NCBI GenBank assembly: GCA_965368975.1
Contig: CBDUPA010000009.1
Location: 199,867 to 263,866, forward strand
Direction of reading: 5' to 3'
DNA: 64,000 bases
Origin: an uncultured bacterium
Lineage (GTDB): Bacteria; Acidobacteriota; Thermoanaerobaculia; Multivoradales; JAHZIX01
Shown here: positions 50,154 to 61,670 of the stretch, in pieces
Numbering within the stretch: position 1 is the stretch's first letter
Layout of the letters: each line of letters starts with the position of its first letter
Notes under the pieces: model-generated
What the model saw: the letters and a program-made list of their open reading frames with translations, nothing else
Told to the model about the DNA's origin: nothing
Databases searched by the model: none
Translations under genes and position numbers: made by a program

Positions 50154-52682
50154 ATGTGGCGGTTCTTGCAGCGTGATCCAGTCATCCGCGCCACCGTCCT
50201 GGTGGTGGTCGTGGCGGCGGTGCTGTCAGCCTTGTATGCCGAGGCGTCGCCGCTGGCTCTGGCTTACGCGCAGATCGCGCACCTGCTGCTGGTCATCTTC
50301 GGGGTCCTTCATCGCCTGCCAGAGATCGAGTCGCCGCGCGAGATTCTGTTCTGGCGCAGTCTCGGGGCAGCGGCCGCCGCCTGGCTGTTGCGCGTACTGG
50401 TCGAGCTGGCGACCGAGCCAGGCTTCCTGGGCGGACTTCTTGTCGACACACTCGGCGCGCTGGTCTTTATGATTCTCCTGGTCGTCGCCACGATTCGTCC
50501 AGAAGCGACGAGTTCGCTCGAGGATATGCCCAGCCAGCGCCGTATCGAGCTATTCGCTGGGATGGTCTTCACTAGCGGCTTGTTCTGCTACTTCGTGCTG
50601 TTGCCGGACTTCTGGATCGATATGCCGCCCGCCGCACACACGGTGGTGACGCTGCAGTTCTACTTGGTCTTTAGCCTCGGCCTGGCGCTGCGCTTCGCTT
50701 ATCTGAGCGGTCGCAGCACACAACGTCGCTGGCGCCTGCTCTATGCTGTTCTGGCGGTGGCGCAGTTGCTGGCGGCCATGGCGACCCTGCAGGCGCTACG
50801 TTCGCCGCAGGAGCCGCTGCTGATCCGCGTCACCTTCTTGGCCCTGCCACTGCTGGCGCAGGTGCTCGCCACCCGTGTCCGCCACTTCGCATTCCCGGTG
50901 TCCCGAGTTCGCGTCGAGCCCTGGCTGCCGCTGCGCACCTCGGCCCTGCGCTTTACCGGCGTGCTGCTGCTCTACACCCTGTCTCTGCCGGTGCTGCACC
51001 TCCTGCGCCAGGCGCTGGGTATGGTGCCTCCAGAGTTGCTGACACCTTCGGCGGTGCTACTGCTGGTGTTGGTCGTGATCCTGGGCAGTTTGACGCTATT
51101 GCAGTACCAGCTGCTCGAGAATCGGCGCCGGGCTTTGCAGGAGCACCGGGAGGTGACCGAGAGCCGTCTACGCTTGCTGAGCAAGGCATTCGAGACGATG
51201 CGCCTGGGTATTACGGTCAAGGACCTTTCCGGCCGCATTCTCTACCTCAATCCGGCCGAGGCGCGTATGCATGGCTATGCCGTCGACGAACTACTCGGCC
51301 GTCAGAGTGGCGTTCTCGGTCCAGAGGAGCTGGTCAAGCCGATGGCGCCCGAGGAAGCGCGCACGATGCGCTGCTGGAGCCGGGACAGCGTCAACACGCG
51401 ACGCGACGGCAGTACCTTTCCGGTACACCTGACCTCGGACCTGGTGGAGGACGCCAATGGCGAGCCGATGGCCATTGTTACCACCTGCGAGGACATCACC
51501 GACCGCTGGCGCATGGAGGATGCGCTGCGCCAGAGCGAGCGCGACTATCGCGGCCTGTTCGAGAACGCCCACGACGCGATCATCATCTTCCGTCCCGAAG
51601 ACGAGCGCGTGCTGGAGGTCAACACGAGTGCGTGCAAGCTCTATGGTTACTCACGCGAAGAGATGTTGAGCATGAGCATGGAGGGACTTTCCCACGACAT
51701 CTCCCACGGTAAGCGGCAGCTGGAAGAGGTGCTGTGGAAGGGCAACTTCCACGAGTTCGAGACACGCCAGTATCGGCGCGACCGGACGCTGATGTATCTG
51801 GAGATCCGCGCCGCGATCGTCGAGTACTCGGGGCAGCTAGCGATCCTGTCGATCAACCGCGACATCACGGATCGCAAGATCGCCGAGGAGAACCTGCGCA
51901 AGGCCAATGAAGAGTTGAAGACCTTCATGTCCCTGGTGTCGCATGATCTGCGCGCGCCGCTGGTCAACCTCAAGGGCTTCTCCAGCGAGTTGGCCGAGAC
52001 GCTGGCTTGCGTGCAGGAACCGGTGGCGCAGGTGCTGGAGCACCTGGATCCAAAGCAGCGCTACCAGGTGACGGAGGCGTTGCAGGTAGACGCACCCGAA
52101 GCCATCGACTTCATCGACAAGGCCGTCTCGCGCATGGACTACTACATCAGCGCGCTGCTCAAGCTGTCGCGCGCCGGTCGCCGCGAGCTGGAGCTGGAGC
52201 CGTTGGATATGGAAGAACTGGTGAAGGACACTCTCAGCACTCTCGTCTACCAGATCGACCGCTCGGACTCCAGGGTGATCGTGCACTCGCTGCCGGAGGT
52301 CGTCGCGGACCGCGTCGCGATGCAGCAGATCATGGGCAACCTGCTGAGCAATGCGGTGCAGTACCTGGACACCGACCGCGCCGGGCGCATCGAGATCGCG
52401 GGCAAGAGGGCCAGTCACGAGACCACTTTCTGGGTGCAGGACAACGGCCGCGGGATCTCGGAGGAGGATCTGAAGAAGGTGTTCGAACCCTTCCGGCGTG
52501 CGGGCCGACAGACCGTAGCCGGCGAGGGGATGGGGCTGGCTTACGTGCAGGCGCTGGTGCGCCGGCAGGGCGGACGGCTGTGGTGTGAGTCGACGTTGGG
52601 GGAAGGTAGCCGCTTCTACTTCACGATCTCGGGCCGCCTCAATGAGAACGAAGACCATGTCGAGCCCTTGCCGACCGCCTGA
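50154..52682 (+). CDS. Membrane sensor histidine kinase (multi-TM, two PAS, HisKA, HATPase)
   Basis: Hydrophobic N-terminus; two PAS/PAC ending DITDR; SHDLRAPL; NLLSNA, DNGRG, GMGL. Confidence 0.92.
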   Translation: MWRFLQRDPVIRATVLVVVVAAVLSALYAEASPLALAYAQIAHLLLVIFGVLHRLPEIESPREILFWRSLGAAAAAWLLRVLVELATEPGFLGGLLVDTLGALVFMILLVVATIRPEATSSLEDMPSQRRIELFAGMVFTSGLFCYFVLLPDFWIDMPPAAHTVVTLQFYLVFSLGLALRFAYLSGRSTQRRWRLLYAVLAVAQLLAAMATLQALRSPQEPLLIRVTFLALPLLAQVLATRVRHFAFPVSRVRVEPWLPLRTSALRFTGVLLLYTLSLPVLHLLRQALGMVPPELLTPSAVLLLVLVVILGSLTLLQYQLLENRRRALQEHREVTESRLRLLSKAFETMRLGITVKDLSGRILYLNPAEARMHGYAVDELLGRQSGVLGPEELVKPMAPEEARTMRCWSRDSVNTRRDGSTFPVHLTSDLVEDANGEPMAIVTTCEDITDRWRMEDALRQSERDYRGLFENAHDAIIIFRPEDERVLEVNTSACKLYGYSREEMLSMSMEGLSHDISHGKRQLEEVLWKGNFHEFETRQYRRDRTLMYLEIRAAIVEYSGQLAILSINRDITDRKIAEENLRKANEELKTFMSLVSHDLRAPLVNLKGFSSELAETLACVQEPVAQVLEHLDPKQRYQVTEALQVDAPEAIDFIDKAVSRMDYYISALLKLSRAGRRELELEPLDMEELVKDTLSTLVYQIDRSDSRVIVHSLPEVVADRVAMQQIMGNLLSNAVQYLDTDRAGRIEIAGKRASHETTFWVQDNGRGISEEDLKKVFEPFRRAGRQTVAGEGMGLAYVQALVRRQGGRLWCESTLGEGSRFYFTISGRLNENEDHVEPLPTA

Positions 52683-52685
52683 CCC

Positions 52686-53573
52686 ATGCGTGTCCTGATC
52701 GCCGGCTGCGGCTATGTGGGTCGTGCTCTCGGCCGGCGCCTGCAGTCCGAAGACCACGAAGTCTTGGGCTTGCGCCGCCATCCGCGTGGGGACGAAGGTT
52801 TTCCGATGCAGGCTCTCGACCTGAACGGTACCTGGTCCAGCCACGATCTCCCCTGGCTCCCCGATGCTGTCGTCTATGCTGTTTCGGCCGGGGAGACCAG
52901 TGAGACCGCCTACCGTGCCGCTTATGTCCAAGGCCCGGATCGGCTGTTGCGCGAACTGGCGCGGGCAACAGCTCTCGCACGGCACCCCCTGCGGCGCTTC
53001 TTCTTCGTTTCCAGCACGGGTGTCTACGGGCAGCAGGATGGCTCCTGGGTCGATGAAGACTCGGCGACCGAGCCCGCCGGCTACACCGGACGGTTGCTGC
53101 TCGAAGGGGAAGCCCTGGTGCAGAGCGGTCCGTTCGCGGCGACGACCCTGCGCCTGGGTGGCATCTACGGTCCCGGACGCACACGACTCCTGGAGTCGGT
53201 GCGGGAGGGCCGTGCTCGGTGGCGGGGCGGGCGCTTCAGCAACCGTATCCACCGAGACGACGCCGCCGGTGCTCTGGCCTGGTTGGTCGCCGCGATCGAG
53301 TCACCAGAGCCGGTGCCGTTGGCACCCGTCTACCTTGGTGTCGACGACGAGCCGGCGGAGCTGGGCGAAGTCATGACCTGGCTGGCTGCGCGCCTTGGTG
53401 TCGAGCCACCGCTCAGGACCGAGAAGGACGCTGATATGGACCTGGCAAGTCGACGCCGGAGCAACAAACGGTGCAGCAATCGCTTGTTGCGCGCCACCGG
53501 CTTCGAGCTGCGCTATCCGAGCTACCGGGAAGGTTACGGGGCGCTGCTCGAAGAGGTGCGCAGCGGTCGATAG
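52686..53573 (+). CDS. NAD-dependent epimerase / atypical SDR (YeeZ-like)
   Basis: IAGCGYVG, VSSTGVYG, LGGIYGPGR, NRIHRDD, YPSYREG. Confidence 0.88.
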   Translation: MRVLIAGCGYVGRALGRRLQSEDHEVLGLRRHPRGDEGFPMQALDLNGTWSSHDLPWLPDAVVYAVSAGETSETAYRAAYVQGPDRLLRELARATALARHPLRRFFFVSSTGVYGQQDGSWVDEDSATEPAGYTGRLLLEGEALVQSGPFAATTLRLGGIYGPGRTRLLESVREGRARWRGGRFSNRIHRDDAAGALAWLVAAIESPEPVPLAPVYLGVDDEPAELGEVMTWLAARLGVEPPLRTEKDADMDLASRRRSNKRCSNRLLRATGFELRYPSYREGYGALLEEVRSGR

Positions 53574-54019
53574 TGGTCGACTTGCAGTCGCCCGTCGTCC
53601 AGCTGGCTGACCGCCGCCTCGGCGGTACGCTCGGCGCCGGCCCAGTTCGCTTCTGTCGTGATGCGCCAGCGGCGGCTGCCCTGGCGAAACACTTGGCTGC
53701 CGATGCGGCCGCTCGCCGTACCGCTCTCTCTCTCTAGGGGTGGGTAGTCGTAGAGCTCATAACCGCCGAAGTCGGGGTCCTTTGCCAGGCCCGCCAGGGC
53801 CTCCGCCAAAGCCGCGTCCGTCAGGAGTTGTAGCTGGATGTCGCGCACCTCGGCACGGAACGCCTGTAGGCGCAGCAAGACGGCGCTCGAAGCCATCGCC
53901 ACGACGGCACTGATCAACAGCAGCACCAGCAGCGTGTAGACCAGCACCACACCGCGCTCGCGCGAGCGCTCGGAACGTCGCCAGAGCCGTACGGGTCGCG
54001 TCAAAAGGCTCTCCTTCAC
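53534..54019 (-). CDS. PilX/GspK-like minor pilin
   Basis: RERG-VVLVYTLLVLLLI class III signal-like N-terminus lacking E5. Confidence 0.6.
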   Translation of the reverse strand: MKESLLTRPVRLWRRSERSRERGVVLVYTLLVLLLISAVVAMASSAVLLRLQAFRAEVRDIQLQLLTDAALAEALAGLAKDPDFGGYELYDYPPLERESGTASGRIGSQVFRQGSRRWRITTEANWAGAERTAEAAVSQLDDGRLQVDHYRPLRTSSSSAP

Positions 54020-54630
54020 CAGCCATCCCGCCGCGGTCCGCCGCGCAGTGCCAGTCGTAGCTGACTGACCCGCCGCCGTTCTGGCTCCGGTCGAGGCCGC
54101 GCGCGTGCCGGCCGTGGTCCAGCGTGCTCGCGGTGTACCAAGGTGATCTCGACCAGGTTGCCCGCCAGTGGTTGCCAGCTCCAGGCGTCGACCCCGCGCA
54201 GTAAGAGTCGCCGGCTGTGCACGCTGCCGTCGGCCTCGAGCACTAGCCGCACCAAGTCACCCTGTCCCGTGGTCTGTGCCGCAGTGCTGTCGAGGCGGGC
54301 GTAGACGACTGTGCCCGCCAGTCCGGAGGTGCCCGCCAGTCCGGAGGTGCCCGCCAGACCGGAAGCCAGGCCGCTCAGGGCCAGGACTCCGTGAAGCTCA
54401 CCGCCCAGCTCGTCGAGGCCGCGCACGCTCACCGAGCCGGCGTGGCTGGCGGCCTGCACGTCGCGGCGCAAGAGACGAGTGGCCATCTGCACCTGTGGGT
54501 TGTTGGCCTCGCGGTCACCGGCCACCAGCGCCTGCTGACTCTCGAGCAATAGCTGCGCGGCCAGGCTGAACGCCACCAGGGCCAGCAGCAGGGCGATCAG
54601 GGACTCGGCGAGGGTGAAACCTGACGCCAG
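54016..54630 (-). CDS. Prepilin-type (PilW/GspJ-like) protein, start uncertain
   Basis: G-FTLAESLIALLL motif, LLRRDVQAA; no ATG/GTG close upstream, CTG 54630 assumed. Confidence 0.65.
   Translation of the reverse strand: MASGFTLAESLIALLLALVAFSLAAQLLLESQQALVAGDREANNPQVQMATRLLRRDVQAASHAGSVSVRGLDELGGELHGVLALSGLASGLAGTSGLAGTSGLAGTVVYARLDSTAAQTTGQGDLVRLVLEADGSVHSRRLLLRGVDAWSWQPLAGNLVEITLVHREHAGPRPARARPRPEPERRRVSQLRLALRGGPRRDGW
54311..54364. repeat. 18-bp tandem repeat x3 (SGLAGT)
   Basis: GTGCCCGCCAGTCCGGAG at 54311, 54329, variant at 54347. Confidence 0.85.
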
Positions 54631-55010
54631 ACGATGGTCCGCAAGCGGCGCTGAGCGGTGGCGCGACCGGCTCTGAAGCGTGCGGTCACGGTGACGTCGT
54701 AGAGTCCTGGAGGGTCGTCGATCGGCTCGACTTCGAGCTGCAACTGAACACGTCCACTGGTAACGGCTGCCGGCGGTGGTACCGAGAACCACTGGGGGGG
54801 GCCACTTTGCAGTGGCAGGGTTCCGGCACGCAGCGACTCGACCGTCGCTTCCAGGGCATAGAGCGCTTCGCGCTGAGCTTCGAGCCGTGCCACCGAGTGG
54901 CGGTACAGCAGGACAGACGTCAGACCGAGCAGCAGGACGAGCGCCAAAAGGGTGAGTGCAACGACGGTCTCGATCAGAGTCAAGCCCTGACAGGAACTTC
55001 GTCGCACCAC
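54597..55010 (-). CDS. Prepilin-type (PilV/GspI-like) protein
   Basis: QG-LTLIETVVALTLL motif. Confidence 0.75.
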   Translation of the reverse strand: MVRRSSCQGLTLIETVVALTLLALVLLLGLTSVLLYRHSVARLEAQREALYALEATVESLRAGTLPLQSGPPQWFSVPPPAAVTSGRVQLQLEVEPIDDPPGLYDVTVTARFRAGRATAQRRLRTIVWRQVSPSPSP

Positions 55011-55013
55011 CGT

Positions 55014-55502
55014 TCATGAGCTGGCTTGCGCCACCTTTGCCTTGGCTCGACTCGTGTCGCTGGCACCGCCACGTTCGGGCATCTGCACCTGGCCCTCGAA
55101 ATGGCAGCCCTCGCCGATGGTGAAGCGGTCGGTGCGGATCTGGGCCTCGACCCGGCTGTTGGGGCGCAGGTCAGCCCTTTGCAGAGCGTCGACGTCGCCG
55201 CGCAACTGCCCCTCAATGATCACCTCGGTGGCCTTGACCTCACCCAAGAAGGTCCCGTCCGGGCGCACGTGCAGCCGTCCTTGGAGATTCACGTTGCCCT
55301 CGAAGTGGCCGTGAATTTCCAGGTTGCCTTCACCCTGAACCTCGCCCTGGAAATGCAGCCCGGTGCCCAAAATGGTGTCCGGAACTGCACCGGCACCGCG
55401 CCGGGGACCACCCCGTCCGGTACCGGTCTGGTTCGCACCCGCCATGTCGCCGAAAAGGCGGCTGCGCGGCGCGGTCATCTCCGATGACTCTTGGTTGCCC
55501 AT
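55014..55502 (-). CDS. Bactofilin (polymer-forming cytoskeletal protein)
   Basis: TILGTGLHFQGEV...LEIHGHFEGNV...IGEGCHFEGQVQM beta-helix. Confidence 0.88.
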   Translation of the reverse strand: MGNQESSEMTAPRSRLFGDMAGANQTGTGRGGPRRGAGAVPDTILGTGLHFQGEVQGEGNLEIHGHFEGNVNLQGRLHVRPDGTFLGEVKATEVIIEGQLRGDVDALQRADLRPNSRVEAQIRTDRFTIGEGCHFEGQVQMPERGGASDTSRAKAKVAQASS

Positions 55503-55571
55503 CTTTCCCCCCGTCCATTACGGACCCAAATGTGTTGGTGTCGAGAGTAGTCTACACTCCCGACAGGAAAA

Positions 55572-57593
55572 TCAGCTGGAGGAGCGGGACGCCGCGTCGT
55601 GGTTACCGGCGAGCGACTCGGGGACCAGGAACTGTCCGGTCTCGCCATGAGGCTGTAGCTGGTGGGCGATGGTGAACAGGAAGGTCGTGCCCTCTCCGAG
55701 CTGCGACTCGCACCAGATGCGACCACCATGGCGACGCACGAGTGCCCGGGCGTAGGCCAGGCCCATGCCCTCACCGGGACTCGTATTGTTCGTGCCGAAG
55801 CGGCGGAAGGGCTGGAAGACCTGATCCAGGTGTTCCCGAGCAATGCCGGGACCGTTGTCACGCACGCGGTAGAGAGTTTCCCGCTCACTCCGTTCGCTGC
55901 TCAGGCGGAGTCGCGGCTGACCCTCGCTCGCGCTGTAGTTGAGAGCGTTGGTGAGCAGATTGCTCAGTACCTGTTCGAGCGCCATCGGGTCGGCGGTGAC
56001 ACGGTGCAGCTTTGCGATCTCGACCCGCGCGCCGCTCTGCTCCACCTGGTAGGCAAAGCTTTGCAGGATCCGCCCCACCAGATCCTCGACATCGACCTCT
56101 TCCGGCATCAGCTCGCGATGGCCGGCCCGCGACAGGCGCAGCAGCGCCTCAATGAAGCCGTCCATGCGCTCGACCGAGGTGTCGATGAAGTCGAGGGCCT
56201 CGGGAATGTCCTCTTCGAAGCTGTACTGCAGTTGTTGGATGTGCTCCGGCGACAGGTGCGGCCGGGCCGCGTCGAGGGCCGGCTTCGCATCCTTGACACA
56301 TTGTCGTAGCTCGCCGGCGAAACCCTTGAGATTGATCAGCGGTGCTCGCAGATCGTGAGAGACGATGTAGACGAGGCCTTTCATCTCGTCGTTGGCCTGC
56401 CGCAGCTCCGCGGTACGGGCCTGCACACGCTGCTCGAGATGCACACGCGCTTCCTCGAGTTCGCCGATGTTGTGCTGTAGAGCTCCTGCCATGTCGTTGA
56501 AGGCTTCGGCGAGTTCGCCCAGCTCGTCGAGATTGTGCAGGTGGATGCGCACACCGAGATCACCGCCGGCCAGGGCGTCGACACCCGTGTGCAGATCGGT
56601 CAGCGGTGACACCAAGCGCTCGCGGATGAACTGCACGATGCCGTAGACCAGCGTCGCGAGACCAGAAAGCAGCACGACCAGCACCAGCGAGGTCAGCAGC
56701 GCCGGGGCCATCGCCTCCATCCACGGCTGCTCGGTGACCACGAACCAGTCGGCTGCCTCCAGCGGCCAGGCTGCTGCGCGCACGCTGTAGCCCTTGAAGC
56801 TGCGGTAGCTGAGCAGGAACTCGCCGGCCGCCGGGTCGCGGTCGCGCAGCGCTTCCAGCACGCGCTGTTCACCGGCCAGCCCGAGGTCCGGGTGGACGAG
56901 CAGTCGACCCTCGGCGTCGGTGATGAAGGCCTCTCCACTACGGCCGACCCGCAGCTCTTGGAGCTGCTGCCAGAGTGCCGTCAAGTCGAGGTGAGCCACC
57001 AAGGCCGCCTGCGGCCGCCCGTCCTTGTCGCGCACCGGGAACGCCAGCTGCAAGAAGGCGACCGGCGTTCCCTGCTCGCTGTGGATGAAATACACCGGAC
57101 TGACGAAGACCTCGCCGAGAGCCACCGACGACAACCAGGTGTCGCCCTGCAGTTCGACAGACGCCGAGCTGCGTGCCAGGCGCTGCCGTAGCTCGATGAT
57201 CTCGCCGTCGAAATTGGTCAGCGTCAGGGCGAACACCTCCGTCTGGCGATCCAGCACGCCGCGCAGGAGGCCGCGGCGCTGCTGGGCGTCGTCGATGCCG
57301 AAGCGTAGGGCGTCCGAAGTGGCCGCCAGATCCTGGCGCAGACCGAGCAGGATCTGGTCGAAGGTCAGGCGTGCCCGCTCACCGGCTCGCCGCAGGTCGT
57401 CCTCGATCTGGCCACGGGTGAACATCCAGGCGAGCGCGAAGGCCAGGACGAAGCTGAGAATGGCGATGAAGCCGAGCTGCGCCACGCGCCGCAAGAGCTG
57501 ACGGCTGAGCGGATCCGCCGGCCTCTTCGCTGCTTTGGGAACCCGTGGGTCCTGTGCCACCGGCAGACTCACAGACGCCTCTCGAGCATCCAC
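55572..57593 (-). CDS. Sensor histidine kinase (dCache, HAMP, HisKA, HATPase)
   Basis: TM-periplasmic-TM; AFITDAEGRLLVHPD; DELGELAEAFNDM; SHDLRAPL; DNGPG, GMGL. Confidence 0.92.
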   Translation of the reverse strand: MDAREASVSLPVAQDPRVPKAAKRPADPLSRQLLRRVAQLGFIAILSFVLAFALAWMFTRGQIEDDLRRAGERARLTFDQILLGLRQDLAATSDALRFGIDDAQQRRGLLRGVLDRQTEVFALTLTNFDGEIIELRQRLARSSASVELQGDTWLSSVALGEVFVSPVYFIHSEQGTPVAFLQLAFPVRDKDGRPQAALVAHLDLTALWQQLQELRVGRSGEAFITDAEGRLLVHPDLGLAGEQRVLEALRDRDPAAGEFLLSYRSFKGYSVRAAAWPLEAADWFVVTEQPWMEAMAPALLTSLVLVVLLSGLATLVYGIVQFIRERLVSPLTDLHTGVDALAGGDLGVRIHLHNLDELGELAEAFNDMAGALQHNIGELEEARVHLEQRVQARTAELRQANDEMKGLVYIVSHDLRAPLINLKGFAGELRQCVKDAKPALDAARPHLSPEHIQQLQYSFEEDIPEALDFIDTSVERMDGFIEALLRLSRAGHRELMPEEVDVEDLVGRILQSFAYQVEQSGARVEIAKLHRVTADPMALEQVLSNLLTNALNYSASEGQPRLRLSSERSERETLYRVRDNGPGIAREHLDQVFQPFRRFGTNNTSPGEGMGLAYARALVRRHGGRIWCESQLGEGTTFLFTIAHQLQPHGETGQFLVPESLAGNHDAASRSSS

Positions 57594-58777
57594 TCACCGG
57601 CACGCACCGCGAAACCACCTACCGGCTGCTGCGACATATCGCCATGCTCGTCGAAGTGCCAGCGGCCAAACAGGCCGTCAAAGTCTCGCAGCTCGCTCAG
57701 CGACGTCAGAACGGCCTGCCGGGTGAGATTGGGAGTTCGCTCGATCGCCAACAACAGCACGCGCATCGCCTCGTAGGCGCACAGCACGTTGTTCTGCGGC
57801 GCATGGCCGTGGGTCTCGCGATACCGGTCCACGAAAGCGCGTGCCGAGTCGCTCAGGTGTACGGGCGGTACCATGTGGGTGGCCATGACACCCTCGGCTT
57901 GCGCACCCAGTTCCTGGATCAGATCAGGGCTCAGCAGCGTGTCGGGACCGAGGATTTTCACGTCCGGCAAGTATCGGCGCAGCGTCCGAATCAGCTCGGT
58001 TGCCGGTCCACCGGTCGCGCCGCCGTAGTACACCAGGTCCGGCTGCGCCTCGGCGATCTCGCGCGCCAGACCGTCGAAGTCTTCCAGCGGCAGAGAGTCC
58101 GGGCTGGGCCGCAGACTACGCCGGCCGAGCAGTTCGATACTGAAGTCGCGGGCCATGGTTGCGAAGATGTCGGTGGCGTTCTTGCCATGCACTAGACCAT
58201 TGTCGAGAACAAAGACGCGTTGCACTCCCAGGTCGCGTGCCCAGCGGGCGGCGGCCTCGACCAAGATGTCGTCGGCCGGGATGACGCGGAAAAAGTGCCG
58301 CTGCCCTGTCGGATAGAAGGCTCCGGGCTCTCCTGGCGCGAAACCGGCTTTGGTCAGACCCGGCCAGGTCGCGGTTGGTGACACCTGGGCCATGGACGCC
58401 TCGTTGAGCAGCACCATCACGGCCTTGGCCTGGTGGCTCGACAGTGAGCCCAGGTAGGCGACAACGGAGTCATCGTCGATCGCCGCGCGCACGGCCTGCT
58501 CTTCCAGGGCCGCGGACAGTGTTGGCTGTTGATGCGCGTCGTAGGTGTTGAACAGGCGCGCCTCGACCCGCCAAGGCCCGGCCTGGTTGTGCGCATCTTC
58601 CAGCGCCATGTGCACGCCCTTGAGAATCTCGCGGCCGAACGGGGCGTGCAGCGGCAGGCCGACCGCTACGCGAACCGTCGGTGCAGGGCTCGGAACGCGG
58701 CACGCAGCCAGGCCTGCCAAGGCCAGGAGCGTCAATGCAAGCAAGGGGATCGAGAGCAGCCGGATTCGAGCGCACAT
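57569..58777 (-). CDS. Branched-chain amino acid (LivK-like) solute-binding lipoprotein
   Basis: Lipobox LAAC; VVAYLGSLSS, SPTATWPGLT, FFRVIPADD, FDEHGD. Confidence 0.85.
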   Translation of the reverse strand: MCARIRLLSIPLLALTLLALAGLAACRVPSPAPTVRVAVGLPLHAPFGREILKGVHMALEDAHNQAGPWRVEARLFNTYDAHQQPTLSAALEEQAVRAAIDDDSVVAYLGSLSSHQAKAVMVLLNEASMAQVSPTATWPGLTKAGFAPGEPGAFYPTGQRHFFRVIPADDILVEAAARWARDLGVQRVFVLDNGLVHGKNATDIFATMARDFSIELLGRRSLRPSPDSLPLEDFDGLAREIAEAQPDLVYYGGATGGPATELIRTLRRYLPDVKILGPDTLLSPDLIQELGAQAEGVMATHMVPPVHLSDSARAFVDRYRETHGHAPQNNVLCAYEAMRVLLLAIERTPNLTRQAVLTSLSELRDFDGLFGRWHFDEHGDMSQQPVGGFAVRAGEWMLERRL

Positions 58778-58975
58778 GGCCGATCTTTTGGAATCCAGAG
58801 GCCGTTCGAAGCATCAAAGGCCGTCAGGCATCAGAGGCTTCACGAAGTCGGGTTTCTGCAATGCGGGCAGAAGGGACATATAAGCATAGACCAGAACTCG
58901 ATTATGCCAGAAGCCCGCAGGGATGCAACTAGGCACATCCTCTCCGGAACGGGGCTTGGGTACCAGGTTTGTGCA

Positions 58976-59010
58976 TGAGAAACGGCCTCTCCCGTATGAG
59001 GAGAGGCCGT
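58976..59010 (-). terminator. Intrinsic terminator after ahcY
   Basis: ACGGCCTCTCC/GGAGAGGCCGT 11-bp stem followed by TTCT on minus strand. Confidence 0.7.
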
Positions 59011-59039
59011 GTGCGAACAGCTGCGCGAGCTTTGTCAAA

Positions 59040-60536
<1,497 letters not shown>

Positions 60537-60630
60537 GATCGGTTGCTCCTTGGGATGAAATCGCGCCGTGGCGCGCGTGGTCTGTCGATGTAATGCTCTG
60601 TTCTTGACGTTCGAAAGCTTGGTGGGTGAC

Positions 60631-61653
60631 TCAGGGCTTCAGCGCGGTGGCGGCGAAGAGCGCCGGCCCCCGGCTCTCCGCCTGCACCGGCAACGGCGTC
60701 CAACCGCGCAGCGTCAGGCCGACGGCCTGCAGCCACTGGCCGAGCTGTTGTTGCTGCACGCCGAGCCAGACGTGTCCCATCTGTTGGCGGTACTCCTCGT
60801 GCTCGTGCGGCAGCATGTCGACGATCAACACCCGGCCGCCAGGTCGCAGGACACGGGCGACCTCGGCCAGCACGCGCGGTGGTTCCGGCAGGTGGTGCAA
60901 CACCAGGCTGAGCACCGCCGCGTCGAGTTCACCGTCGGTCATCGGCAGGGACTCCAGGTGGCCGGGGCGCACGTCGACGTTGTCGAGTCCGTCGAGTGCC
61001 GCCCGCGCAGCCTTCAGCATCGCCTCGGAATCGTCCACCGCCACCACCCGGCCGACGAACGGTGCCAGCCGCAAGCTCAGCTCCCCGCTGCCGCAGCCCA
61101 GGTCGCCCACCACCCATTCCGGGTCGAGCAAGCCGAGCAGCGCGTGCAGATCGAAACTGTCGCCGAACAACTCCCGCCGCAGCCGCGCCCATTCGCCCGC
61201 CGCCGACGAGAAAAACGCCTGCGACGCCGATCGCCGCTCGGCCAGCACTCCGTCCAGGCGGTGGCGGTCCTGCTGCGTGGCCGGACTGTCGGCCAGCTGC
61301 TCGCGCACGAGAAGCCAGAGCTTGTGGGCACTGCCGTCGAGTTGCTGCGAAGCCTGGTACAGCCGGCTCGTTCCCTCCCGCCGCACCCCCACCCAGCCCT
61401 CGTCGGCCAGCATCTTCAAGTGTCGCGACGCCGTCGACTGCGGCAGCTGCAGCACCGAGCACAGCTCCGAAACGCTCAGCTCGTGGTTCTCCAGCACCAA
61501 CAGCATCCGGCAGCGCAGCGGATCGGCCAGTGTCGACATGCGGTCGAGAATGGCGCTGCCCAGCTGCGCGTCGGCGGTGCTGGCGGATGTGACGCCGGGG
61601 TCAGGAGTGCTGGTGGAGGGCGGGATGGCTGGGGTGGTGATGGCGGTGCTCAT
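60631..61653 (-). CDS. ArsR-HTH plus SAM-methyltransferase-domain regulator (SahR-like)
   Basis: [25 protein letters not shown]; DLGCGSG; LVLHH; directly upstream of ahcY. Confidence 0.9.
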   Translation of the reverse strand: MSTAITTPAIPPSTSTPDPGVTSASTADAQLGSAILDRMSTLADPLRCRMLLVLENHELSVSELCSVLQLPQSTASRHLKMLADEGWVGVRREGTSRLYQASQQLDGSAHKLWLLVREQLADSPATQQDRHRLDGVLAERRSASQAFFSSAAGEWARLRRELFGDSFDLHALLGLLDPEWVVGDLGCGSGELSLRLAPFVGRVVAVDDSEAMLKAARAALDGLDNVDVRPGHLESLPMTDGELDAAVLSLVLHHLPEPPRVLAEVARVLRPGGRVLIVDMLPHEHEEYRQQMGHVWLGVQQQQLGQWLQAVGLTLRGWTPLPVQAESRGPALFAATALKP

Positions 61654-61670
61654 GGTGGTGGATTTGTTTA

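Noticed and set aside
60537-60630. SAH/SAM riboswitch upstream of ahcY
   Set aside because: No consensus elements seen; regulation is explained by the SahR-like gene and operator
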